From: Atractiella rhizophila
Taxonomy: Eukaryota
Length of the DNA: 64,000 nucleotides
NCBI GenBank assembly: GCA_021432655.1
Contig: MU271274.1
Coordinates: forward strand, 1-64,000
Direction: 5' to 3'
The translations under genes and the position numbers were made by a program. This document shows, piece by piece, positions 52,062 to 63,800 of the stretch (positions within the stretch are counted from its first letter, which is position 1; the number at the start of each line of letters is the position of its first letter). Under the pieces are notes generated by a model. The model did not search any database, was not told the DNA's origin, and saw nothing but the letters and a program-made list of their open reading frames with translations.

Positions 52062-54506
52062 CTAATCCCAAATCCACCGATCCTCCTCCTGACCTGTCAC
52101 CCAGAATTTCTCCACTATTGTACCCTGACGAGCCTCTGATATAACCCGTCGTCCAGTCCAGATCTTCTCCCCCCATGCCTCAATCGCATACTCCCTCACA
52201 CCGCGCTCAAAGCGATCCCTACCATAACCCGAATACGACGATCCGCTCCCAAAGCATAGCCAAACTTTAGACACCCGTCGACAGGTCGAGGTAGCGTGGG
52301 AATGGCCGAAGGAGAGCGCTTTCACTTCGGGAAGAGAAGAAGGTGACTTTTCTTCTTTCTGCGTCAGAATTGCGTTGTGGAAGATGCCGGAATTGTCTGA
52401 TCATGACCCAAACAGGAAATGTGAGTAAACTATACTATAAGAGAGGAAGGAGCAGGAGAAGGACAACGAACATGCTGGAGATCCCTCCGGTTCCCACTTC
52501 TCACCAATCATGAGCTCTTCCCCGTTCCATGGATCGACGTCAGGATCCGCATAGGCCTCTTGAATGGGGATATGGAAAAACATGAGTGCATTAGGCTTCT
52601 TCATTCTCCTTTCTTCCTGCGGTGCTCTCCTCCTCAACTTCCGATCCTTACTCCTTCTCCGCTCTTTGATCCGAATCGCATCTGCATTCGGCTTCTCATC
52701 CTCCTCCGAACCCCACAAGCCAAATGTCGAATCTCCATCCGCAAGAACGGAAGGAGACCATGGACGAAGGATAGGTGTGACTTCGTTAGAGACTCGTTTG
52801 TACCAGTCTATCTGATTCTGCTTTATCCAGTCGAACGGTTTCCGAACTGACGCTTCATGGTGCTCTCCATCTCTCTTCGATAGACGATGATGGTGGTCGT
52901 CATCAGGAACTACAAAGTTGGGGTCATAAGCGTGCGAGTCGAGGAAGTAGAGGTTGAGGAGGTCGGTGGAGGATTCATCTGGAGAGGTGACGCTGAGTAG
53001 GTAGTTCCCTACTCCGGCGACTTCTGTGGGACCAGGAGAAGCGAGGAAGTAGGGCATCTGCATTAGGAACTCCATTTGGTCTTTTCTACTCATCACTGTA
53101 TCTCCCGTCAGTCGTTCTTTCCTAAAAGAAGGGTTAGATGCGGAGGACGAACAGTCGTCCTCATCGTCGTGGTCTCCAAATACAATCGTCCATGCTATTC
53201 TTCGATTCACAAAGATGTCAGCCACCTTCAACAAGGCCGTTTTAGGGTCCCAAGTCGTCTTCTGACCATTTAGCTGATCACCGCTGAGGACGACCAATCC
53301 ACCACCATCTCTATAATCGGTCTTCTTTCTCCTCGCCTCATCCAGCCAACTCATCAGCACTCGATCCAACCATTTGAGCGCAGTTGCATCACCTCCAAGG
53401 TCACGACAGTTATCCAGAATTTCATGCCCGTTAGTCTGAGTTTTAGAGATATCGAAACAGTGTCCGACATCAGAGGAGAAGTGCAAGTCGGCGATTTGGA
53501 GGATGGAGAAGTCTCCGTTGTTCGAGAACTTGAGTTTGGGAGGGTCGGGACGGACAGGATTGCCCTTCTTCTTGACCATAGTGGCGGCGTTTCCGATGTC
53601 GAAATGTTTGCCATACGACGTTATCTCTTCTCCAGCGACCTCCCATCCCCACTGAACAGGAGCATGGCCATACGTGACATCGACCTCAGTTATGGCTTCT
53701 TCCTTCTCTGAATTCTCTCCCTTCTTGATCCACAGATGCAATTCCGGAGAATTAGCGAGCTGAGGTGGCATGAAAGCGCGCAGTGTACCGCGGTGCTTGA
53801 TCCATCCTTCCTCTTCGGGCTTCTGTCCGTGAGGTAACAGCGTTATATCCTTAATGACATGACTTTCATCATCTCCCGCCTCCAACCTTTTATACCATAA
53901 CCAAACATCTCCCCATCCGACCCTGTAGTTCAAGTTCTTCGGTAACCGGTGCCAGGTACCAGGAGCTGGTGGGAAGGGGAGAAGATTGTTATCTTCTGCC
54001 GGACCACAAACAGAGTAGAAGACTTTTTCGGATACTAGTGATGTGACGAAGGAGGGCATGATACAAGCTGTGAATGTGATATCCGTCAAAGGTTGCAACT
54101 TTGTCCCGTACGGAATGAACGGTTCAGTCGTATTGCTCCTCAGCGGTCCTTTCTGCTCCTCTTCTTCCTCCTTCTCTCCCTTTCCATCTCCATCTCCATG
54201 TCCATCCCCACCGTCGACAACAACGATGTCGGGACTCTCGTAAGCGCCTAACGGATCCGTCTCACCCTCCAAATCCACTTTCCCTGGCTCGTTTCCACTC
54301 AAGACGGTCTGGCTCACCGTACTGCCTTCTGGTATCCTTCCAAACTCCTCTTTATACCCATTTGCTTGCAGATGCCTGAGATAATACAGATTCGACAATC
54401 CATACCAGGCAGCAACAGAGACGACGAGTAAGAGGGGAAGGAGGAAGCGATAGGAGAACAGTCGTTGTTTGGGTGTGCCGTTCGGAGGGTAGATTTCGAA
54501 CGTCAT
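52062..54506 (-). CDS. Dcr2-like calcineurin-type metallophosphoesterase with N-terminal transmembrane anchor
   Basis: FSILQIADLHFS, VVLSGDQL, FGDHDDE, GVGNY, LYFLDSH, MFFHIP, FGHSH, WLCFGSGSSYSGYG. Confidence 0.87.
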
Positions 54507-54777
54507 TTCGATGGATGGGCAGGGTCAGTGAGCTGGAGTCGGAAGTCAGTAATATAACATGGAGACTGGTCGGCGGTGAGCAACAATGGCTGTGCGTTTC
54601 GTGGCGTGGCGAGCGGTGCTCAATTCCGCCCGTTGGGGAACCGAAGGGGGAACCGAGGAAATTTGTCTGCCAAAGATTGTAGCACTTTGCTCTGGCAATG
54701 GTCTTATATTTTCTGACACAAAATGTCTTGACGATGGAGATTGCTTGGGAGATGTAGCAACGTAGTGATGTAAAAGT

Positions 54778-55825
54778 CTAGCTATTTCCATCTGCTACAA
54801 ACTTTGCCGCTCTGTCGAAGAAATCCCACTTTCTCTTCTCGCTCGCAGATCCTTTCGCCTGTTTATCAAACATGTGAGCTTCTCGTTCCACGCTGATCCA
54901 CTCGACGCTTTTTCCGCCCTCCCTCAACTTATCCACAGTCGCCTTATTACCCGCCCATAAGGTATCTATTTTCGCAGATGCTTAGCGAATGTTTTGAGGT
55001 AGAAACAAAGCCTACCTGCTTCCCCACAAGCTAGCATGATATTTCCTGGCCACCTTTCCACGTCGGCGTAATAAGGCGAGATTCTCGGATCAGTCTTATC
55101 TTCATCGTTTTGGAGGAGACAGCTGTCAAACAACCACTTGATAGACTCAGTGACGACCATTCCGCTGTCGTATTCTGAAGCGGGACCCGGTTCGAGTCGA
55201 GTGAGGTCCATTGGTGCATAACACGCTATGACAGTCTTCACGACACCGGGATCCAAATGCACTGCTGCCGCTGAAACCAGGTTGCCTCCTGCGCTGAAGC
55301 CTGATACTGAAAGTCGAGAGCTGTCGAATGAGGCTGGCTGAGAACGCGCATAAGCTATAACGTCCAGAATGTCATGGTAGGCACTTGGAAAGGGATGTTC
55401 TATGGTTCTGTCAGCACTCGCTGCAAGCTTCGAGCGGGAACTGCCACGAACCAGGGGACTTTCGGTAATCAGCGTCCAATACGACGACTCCCGCTTTCAA
55501 AGCAAGGTTGGCGCAGAATTCTGTATCGTCTCTTAAATTCGGGAGAACGAAACCGGACTAGTACAGCTTGTTCAGCATCCACTCAAATCCAGAAAAGAGG
55601 ACCCACGGCGTGAACATTTATGTGGACGGGTAGTATCCCCTTAGTTCCTTCCTTCTCGTATACATCGACAATTATCTTTCTACCCGGTTCTCTTGAATCA
55701 ATTTCGATCCTCCTTCGCTGTACGCCAGCTGCAACAGGAGTCTGTTTCAAACTCCTGGTGGTAACGTTGGAGAAGAGTCGGAACAAAGCTACGAGGCCGC
55801 GAAGGTAGAGATACCGTAAGCTCAT
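54778..55825 (-). CDS. Alpha/beta hydrolase, HSL-like esterase (paralog A)
   Basis: HASGF oxyanion motif, EHPFPSAY.D, GFSAGGNL nucleophile, DPRISP, AHMFD; TAG at 54778-54780. Confidence 0.88.
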
Positions 55826-56499
55826 TTTCTACAGGTCTCAATATCCTGGATCGCTGTTCCCTGTTACTGCCCTGGCCGAGGAGATGTCCCAATCCGTCCC
55901 CTTCTTTTATTCTCACTTTCTCCCGCAGCAGTGGCATAATGACCATGTTATGATAATGCGGGACGCGTAATCGCAACAACCGGTTCATAATAAAATAAGC
56001 CAAACCTGGCTATGCAGCTTATTCTGTACGCGAACTTGAATTGCTTACTCGATGAGCGTTTAACCTGAATTACAGACCAGCAGGGCCCGACCCATCCTAT
56101 CCCTGCGCTCGAGCCGTCGGTGGCTTTTGACCCTCAGGCTCTGGCCAACTGGCAACAGACAGATTGAAACTGATTACTTCCTCAGGCTGTACTTCTCAGT
56201 ACGCCTAAAGGTTAAATTTCAATGCTCGGAGCTTACACATCTATTTTCTTCGTGAAGGAGATAGAGGGAGTTCTGGCGGCTTAGCAAAGCAGGAACTGCG
56301 AGAGTACATGTTGAGCTCCATCATGTAACATGTTGAGAGGGAGTTCGGCATAGTCGCAATCGATGGAGATAAGTGTCCAACCACGCGGTGCCAGAAACAT
56401 CTCCAATTTTCCGTCATTTCTTAATCCTCGAATTGTACAAGCTTCCTTGAGTTTATGTCTTCCTTATTAAGTGAGAATCGGGGGGAGACTATATCCCAC

Positions 56500-57553
56500 T
56501 CAGCTATTCCCATTAGCATTAGATACAAACTCTGCGGCTTGATCGTATGCCTCCCACTTCCTCTTCTCGCTTGCAGCTCCTTTTGCCCGTTTATCGAACG
56601 AATGGGCTTCGTTCTCCACACTAATCCACTTGACGTTCTTTCCAGCTCCTTGCAATTTGTCGGCTGTTGCTTTTCCAGCACCCCATAAATCATCTAATCT
56701 AGGCATCAGGACCGCCTTCTCTGCAGGAAGAAGAGCCTACCAGCCTCTCCGCAGACCAACATGACATTATTAGGCCATCTCTCTGGGTCAGCTAGGTGAG
56801 GTGATAATCTTGTGTCACGTCTATCCTCTCCATTCTGGAGTAAGGAGCTGTAAAAGAATTTCCTGAGTCGCGGTGTGATGATGATTCCGCTATCGTAATT
56901 CGAGGAAGGCGCATCGAAAGATTCGGTCAGATTTGTGTTGCCATAAAACGATACTACAGTTTTTATGGCGCCAATTTCGAGATTGACTGCTGTTGACATG
57001 ACAAGGTTTGCCCCAGCACTAAACCCAGACACTGAGATACGAGAGCCGTCGTAGATGGATGATTGTGAGCGAGCATAAGCTATTACATCGAGGATATCGT
57101 TATAGGCGCTTGGAAAGGGATGTTCTACGTGAGTCAATGCGTCAATGTCTCGCGCCTTTGATTGCACGATCAAACGAACCCGGTGCTTTGCGGTAGTCAG
57201 CGTCCAGCACCACGACGCCGGCTTTCAAAGCGAGATGTGCACAAAATTCTCCATCATCCCCATGAGATGGGATCACAAAGCCTGACTGCACCACAACCTG
57301 TTAGCTCACGAGCAAGAAGTTACACGAATTGGAGACATACACCATGAGCATTTATGTGGACGGGCTGTACACCTTTTGCCCCATCTCTCTCGTAGACATC
57401 GACAGTTATCTTTCTTCCCGCGTCTCGAGATTCGATTTCAATTCTCGTCTTGGTGATGCCAGCTGGAAGGGCGGGTTTCTTTCCTTGCATGATGCCGGCC
57501 AGAGATCGCAACAATGCAGCCACGCTTCGAAGGTAGATGTAGTTCGCATTCAT
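56500..57553 (-). CDS. Alpha/beta hydrolase, HSL-like esterase (paralog B)
   Basis: HGSGF, DADYRKAP-EHPFP, GFSAGANL, DTRLSP, AHSFD; same intron positions as paralog A. Confidence 0.88.
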
Positions 57554-59340
57554 TTTGGAAAACCTGCGGTTTGGAATTCTCTCGGATTACTTAGAACGAG
57601 ATAAAGCAACTGTCCAACTGTCTTTTTATTGTGTGCGTCACTCTGATAGCTGACTGAGAGCACCCGCGCCTATCGAGAATCGCGACACGGAATCAACGGT
57701 AGTTCCAAGCCCGGTTCACGTTAAACTTGGCCCAGTTTGAGTCTCTTTTTACGCGACTTCGAGCGAAGTACCTACTCTGAGGTTTCAGAACCCGACAGAA
57801 CCTGCGGAATGCTGAAATGCTGACGAACACAGTGAATACTTCTAATAAGCCCGTGTAGAAAGTGCAACGAGAGTCCTCCCCAGTGGGCCCGACAGTTCAG
57901 TGGCACCTCATTCCCACACCAGCAGACCGGAACTATGTAGCGCCGGCGCCTGAGCGGGAAATTTTAGCTGAACATCTATAGCATGTCTGTCTGCAGTATC
58001 TACGCAAGTCAAATTTCAAGTCGCCCAACATATTGGAGTTCTTGAGTTGTCCTTTTTCAAGCTGCACTCAATGTATTACTTCCGTTCGCTATCTGGTTTG
58101 CAGCGCAGCTGGGAGGGAGAATTGCTCAAAGCTCAAAGTTTTGAGAGCAACGCAACTTCCAGTTCACACTCCATGTCTCCAAGGCCGCGTCCTGAATGCA
58201 TCTCTCTGAGGAGGACAACCTAAGGGGTTGCACCTTCGCTGCGAAAGCGACGGAGGTGGGAGTCACTTTATAGTGATGATTATTTTCAAGGAACATCACA
58301 AAACCCTAGAACAAGCATCTTTCGTTTTACCTCACTTTAGCAAGTTTGTCTCTCTGTGCTCATTGTTGCTGACATCTTGTATTGAATAACTAGATACGAG
58401 GGAAGTTCTGCCAAACGGGCTCCAAACCAAGAGTAAGATATTCACTTCTTGGCTGTACAGGCTGTAACTTGAATGAGAAATAGGAGATCGAGATGCTGTG
58501 GTGGACAGTCAGACTACTTTGGAAGAGTATGCGGACAAGAGGAATGGGATTGGGAAGAGCGAGCATTGATTGACCTATACCTTCCTGAATGAAGAATAAG
58601 CAAATGTGTTGTATCGTTAATACTTATTGTCGTGCAGACAGTCAGAATCGCAGCATCAGCAATGTCGTGCCATCTCCTCGTGTGGCTAGAGCTCTCGCAT
58701 TAGTTGAGTAGAAGAGAGGTAGAATAGGTACGGGGACTACAACGGCAAGTTTAGTACGAGGGAAGAAGGTGCATATAGATGAAGAACCTATCCGGTCACC
58801 CGGTTTAATCTTTGAACAGATGAAGGTGCTGGAAGAGGGAACAGATGACGGGAGGAGATGTAAAATACAACATGAGAAGAGAATAGAAAGTCCGCAAACC
58901 TCCAGCCATCAAATAGTGGGTTTGAGGATATCAGTGCCATGAAAATGTCCATGGTGGTGTGGTGATATGCTAGTGGACAACGTATCTTCCTCATAGGTGC
59001 CTAGAGTGCATAATCTTCTCACTGACACGGGTCAGGTCAGGTCTCTGTTTGGATATCACTGGCTTACCTCTGCCGTATCTGTGGATGTTAAGGCACAAAG
59101 CGTAACACTGGAAGTTGAGGGAAGATCACCATGCCTGAGGGCCAAAAAGTATGCGCGGGCAACAATATCGATTTCAGAGTGCATATCGAATACAGTACAA
59201 TGTTGGGGCGGCCGTTTCAAATTGGAGGGAGCGATGGCCGACAGCAAGTGGAAGAAAAAGAAAAAAAGATCAGATAAGTGTGAATAGGTACAAAGAAAGA
59301 GTGTGATAAACGTATTTTGGCGGCAGGAGTGCGACCTTCT

Positions 59341-60519
59341 TCACATCTCCGTGGGCACGGAAAAGATATTGGCATGGATGCCGTGCTCATTGAGGCGCTT
59401 AACAAGGGAGTTGATCGAGGTAATGAAGGTGCAGTCGGACACGTCAGTAGCACCGTCGCCGCCTGTGAGCAGCCCACACACTCTGCCTTTAGCGTCGATG
59501 ACGCCCGAGCCCGAAGTCGCCCTTGGCTGAGAAGGGGCTTGACTGGGAACTGCGCGGAAGGACTGCTATTTTCTTTGGACATGGCGCCAGGCTTACCTTT
59601 AGAGTAGAGGCGCGTGACGGCGCGGATCGTGTTGAGGCGGCCCACGGTGAGGTTAGCGGAGTTGCCGTTCTTCAGCACCATGATAATAGGATTATTATCC
59701 GGGTCCTTGGTCTTCGGGTCGGGTTTGTACATCTCGTCGTCGGAGACGGTGTCGAAGAAGCGGAGGAGGCGATTCCCAAGGTACTTGAAAGCGCTGGGGT
59801 TGGAAAGCTGCGGGTACATCCAGGCGGTAAGCTCGTCGACGGCAACAGAGCCGAGATCGATAGCGTTGCCGACGAAGTTGAGCTTGGAGATCATGGAGGG
59901 GAGTAACTCAACCACGGCCCAATCTTCAGTGTATCCGCCGTCGACGTGGTTGAAGCTGATGGGAGGAGACAGGGTGACGTGGCCAATGACGCGATTCTCC
60001 TCGTCTGTCCAGTCCCGAACGATATCAGCGTGCAGCTTTTTTAGGGCTACGATAGCCTTGCTGGCGGCTTTGGTCAGAACTTTGACTTCATCACGCTCAA
60101 CCTCAGCCTCCTCCTCATCCAAGTTGTCAGCCTGCTCCGAACGGCGGGAAAGCTGCTCCAAGATGATCTCCTTGGCACCAATGGCGGCCATAATGTTGCC
60201 ACAGCGAGCCTTGAAGGCCGCTTCGCCCATCAGCAGGACCTGACGTTTGGCGCCGCCAGCGCTCTCGTGGAAGCGGTAGAGCGTGTTCGGTTCCTTGTCG
60301 TGGTGGAAGAGGACGTGCCTAGCGGTGAGCAGGAAGAGTTTGCCGGGCTTGGCGGTATCGATGAAGTAGAAACCGCCGGTCCCCTCGAAGTTGGACGTGT
60401 TGCCGTTACAGACGGGGATGCCGAGCATGGTAGAGAAAGGCTCGCGGACGATAGCGATGGGATTGGAGGTGACGGCGGGTTTGTATAGGCCAGCGTGGAA
60501 CCGGTACTTCGACTCGTAG
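59341..60519 (-). pseudogene. Intronless trypsin-fold serine protease-like gene, 5'-truncated with two frameshifts
   Basis: GTGGFY, LLTARHVLF (His), EDWAVVEL (Asp), VLKNG...LTVG; single extra bases near 59570 and 59514 break PFSAKGDSGS, which is intact in the copy at 63.9 kb; native TGA at 59341-59343. Confidence 0.78.

Positions 60520-60549
<30 letters not shown>
60520..60549 (+). repeat. A30 homopolymer at the duplication junction
   Basis: 30 consecutive A between protease sequence and esterase copy C. Confidence 0.95.
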
Positions 60550-60552
<3 letters not shown>

Positions 60553-61069
60553 ATGCGGGAGCCGTCGTAGATGGATGATTGTGAGCGAGCATAAGCTATT
60601 ACATCGAGGATATCGTTATAAGCGCTTGGAAAGGGGTGTTCTACGTGAGTCAATGCGTCAATGTCTCGCGCCTTTGATTGCACGATCAAACGAACCCGGT
60701 GCTTTGCGGTAGTCAGCGTCCAGCACCACGACGCCGGCTTTCAAAGCGAGATGTGCACAAAATTCTCCATCATCCCCATGAGATGGGATCACAAAGCCTG
60801 ACTGCACCACAAACTGTTAGCTCGCGAGCAAGAAGTTACACGAATTAGAGACATACACCATGAGCATTAATGTGGACGGGCTGTACACCTTTTGCCCCAT
60901 CTCTCTCGTAGACATCGACAATTATCATTCTTCCCGCATCTCGAGATTCGATTTCAATTCTCGTCTTGGTGATGCCCGCTGGAAGGGCGTGTTTCTTTCC
61001 TTGCATAATGCCAGCCAGAGATCGCAACAATGCAGCCACGCTTCGAAGGTAGATGTAGTTCGCGTTCAT
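60550..61069 (-). pseudogene. Esterase paralog C, 3'-truncated copy of paralog B
   Basis: Near-identical to 57034-57553; breaks after DGSRIS, just before the GFSAG nucleophile motif. Confidence 0.85.
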
Positions 61070-62035
61070 TTTGGAAAGTCTGCGGTTTGGAATTCTCTCG
61101 AGTTGCTTATGCTTAGAAGAAGATAAGGCAACTGTCTTTTTATTGTGTGCGTCACTCTGATAGCTGACTGTGAGTGCACCCGCGCCTATCGAGAATCGCG
61201 ACACGGAACCAACGGTAGTTCCAAACCCGGTTCACGTTAAACTTGGCTCAGTTTGACTCTCTTTTTACGCGACTTCGAGCGAAGTGCCTACGCTGAGGTT
61301 TCAGAACCCGACAGAACCTGCGGAATGCTGAAATGCTGACGAACACAGTGAATACTTCTGATAAACCCGTGTGGAAAGCGCTACGAGAGTCCTGCCCAGT
61401 GGGCCCGACAGTTTCAGTGGCACCTCATTCGCGCACACCCAAACAATGGATTTGGTGTTGTAGCGCCAGCGCCTGAGCATGGAAAATTTGGCTGAACATC
61501 CATAGCATGTATCTATCTACAGTATCTACACACGACAAATTGAAGTTGCCCAATTAGAGTTCTTGAGTTGTCCTTTTTCAAGCTGCACACAATGTATTGC
61601 TTCCGTTCGCTATCTGGGTTGCAGCGCAGCTGGGAGGGAGAATTGCTCAAAGCTCATAGTCTTGACAGCAACGCAACTTCCAGTTCACACTCCGAGTCTC
61701 CAACGCCGCGTCCTAAATGCATCTCTCTGAGGACTACCTAAGGGTTGCACCGTCGCTGCGAAAGCGACGGAGGTGAGAGTTCACTTTATGGTGATGATTC
61801 TTGTTGAAGTTATTATGTTTTCGTCTTTACGTTCTTTTCGTTCTCTCGAGTTGGCTATCGCATCTGGTGTCAGTTCCGCCCGCTCCCGTAGTTTAGTCTG
61901 TTTTCAGCTATCTGAGGTTCATCTTTTCTTCGTTCTGTCACTCTGATGAACCTCAGGTAGGTGACTCCTCACCAACTTTTATGCAATATTGGTCTTTTCT
62001 TCGTTCTGTCACTCTGATGAACCTCAGGTTCAACA

Positions 62036-62047
62036 GGTTATGAGCCC
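62036..62047 (+). promoter_or_regulatory. Primer-binding site, copia half-tRNA(iMet) type
   Basis: GGTTATGAGCCC immediately after the LTR terminal CA, resembling the copia PBS GGTTATGGGCCC. Confidence 0.8.
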
Positions 62048-62171
62048 AAACGATCCCTACTGATCAAGCATTCACCGTCCCGCTCAATTTAACTTCCCCT
62101 TCTATCAACAATTGTAAACATCATCAAATAAACACAGCCCACCAAGTTCTCACGTCTATCCGTGAAATTTG

Positions 62172-62948
62172 ATGTCAGGATCACCAAGATCAGACGAACA
62201 ATCTCTACCTCAGAATCTACCAGATTACGGACTTGCAACCCCCGAGCCATCCACAGCACCCGCACGTCAACGTAGCCCTGCGCCAGAACCAGAAGAAATC
62301 CAACTCATCGCCATGGATCCATTGCCATCTTCTCCATCAATCTCGTATTCCAGTCGAAAAATCCCTACAATCCTTGAGGGACCTAACTATCGAGCGTGGA
62401 AAGAAGATGCATACGAGACTCTGCGAAGCCAACAACTGTGGCTTGTCACATCTGGTGATGAGAAGGAGCCTATTGAATCTCGTTACGGAGCGGCCCTTTA
62501 TCTCTTCGATCAACATTCCATCGCTTGGAAGAACAAGAATCTACAGGCGTCTGCACTTCTCTACGAATCACTCTCTGATGGGATCAAAGCTAGGATCAAA
62601 GCGAACAACCTGCAAGAGAAGGCCAAGGAGATGTGGGATTGGCTCAAGACAGAGTACGATGCAGCAAATCATCTCTATGCCGTCACCGCCTGGAGTGCTT
62701 TCGTGCGCACTCATTTCAGTGGGACAACTCCTCAACACTGGACAGAACACATGGCGGTCCTCGAAAAGAATCTCACAGACTTCATCAAATACGTTGGTGA
62801 AGACAAGCTCACTACTGGGACTTGGAAATCGATTGTTTTCTCTGCACACCTCCAAGCGACAGTTCCAGACTCACTTCGCGACAAGATGAAGCCCTATTTT
62901 TCGGCACTGCAGGCAACGAAATCCTCACCAACGTTTATGCAATATTGA
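62172..62948 (+). CDS. gag: Truncated copia Gag
   Basis: LEGPNYRAWK...LRSQQLW.VTSG.EKEP...W..KN.QA..LL..SLSD...AKEMWDWLK.EY matches the copia Gag N-terminal pattern; terminates in LTR-derived sequence before any zinc knuckle. Confidence 0.8.
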   Translation: MSGSPRSDEQSLPQNLPDYGLATPEPSTAPARQRSPAPEPEEIQLIAMDPLPSSPSISYSSRKIPTILEGPNYRAWKEDAYETLRSQQLWLVTSGDEKEPIESRYGAALYLFDQHSIAWKNKNLQASALLYESLSDGIKARIKANNLQEKAKEMWDWLKTEYDAANHLYAVTAWSAFVRTHFSGTTPQHWTEHMAVLEKNLTDFIKYVGEDKLTTGTWKSIVFSAHLQATVPDSLRDKMKPYFSALQATKSSPTFMQY

Positions 62949-63800
62949 TCTTTTCTTCGTTCTGTCACTCTGATGAACCTCAGGTTCAACAATTCTTTTC
63001 AGGGAATATCACAAAATCGTGTGACAAGCATCTTTCGTTTACCTCACTTTGGAAGGTTTGCCTCTCTGTGCTCATTGCTGCTGACACCTTGTATTGAATA
63101 ACTACTTCGGGAGAGTATGCGGACCAGTGGGAAGAACGACCATTGATTGGCCTATACCACCCTGAATGAAGAATAAGCAAATGTGTTGTATCATTAATAT
63201 TTCCTGTTGTGCAGACAGTCAGATCGCAGCATCAGCAATGTCCCTCATGTCGCTGGAGCCTTCTCTCATTGGCTGAGTGGAAGGAAGGTAGAATAGGTAC
63301 GGGGACTACAACGGCAAGTTAGTATGAGGGAAGAAGGTGCATATGAGGTGAAGAACCTATCCAGTCACCTGGTTTAATGGTCTAATCTTTGAACAGATGA
63401 AGGTGCTGGTAGAGGGAATAGATGACAGGAGGAGACGTGAAATACATCATGAGAAGAGAATAGAAACTCCGCAAACCTCCAGCCATCAAACGGTGGGTTT
63501 GAGGATATTAATGCCATGAAAATGTCCATGGTGGTGTGGTGGTATGCTAGTGGACAACGTATCCCTCCTCATAGGTGCCTAGAGTGCGTAATCTTCTCGA
63601 CCGACACAGGTCAGGTCAGGTCTCTGCTTGGATATCACTGGCTTACCTCTGCCGTATCTGTGGATGTTAAGTTAAGGCACAAAGCGTAACACTGGAAGTT
63701 GAGGGAAAATCAACGTGCCTGAGGGCCAAAAGTATGCGCGGGACAACAATATCGATTTCAGAGTGCATATCGAATGCAGTACAATGTTGGGGCGGTCGTT

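Larger units (their letters stand above)
61802..62991 (+). mobile_element. Ty1/copia LTR retrotransposon, internally deleted (non-autonomous)
   Basis: Ends TGTTGAA...TTCAACA; 5-bp TSD ATTCT (61797-61801, 62992-62996); 5' LTR 61802-62035; only the last 70 bp of the 3' LTR remain (62922-62991); no pol. Confidence 0.92.

Noticed and set aside
58390..58620. Small spliced plus-strand gene in the spacer
   Set aside because: Very short, partly deleted in unit 2, no homology
59341..60549. Protease as a classical processed retrogene ending in the A30 tract
   Set aside because: The tract is on the antisense strand and at the 5' side of the protease ORF; no TSD
61748..61775. GC hairpin CCGTCGCT-GCGAA-AGCGACGG as a Helitron 3' end
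   Set aside because: No CTRR terminus at the expected distance; the stem is imperfect in the sister unit
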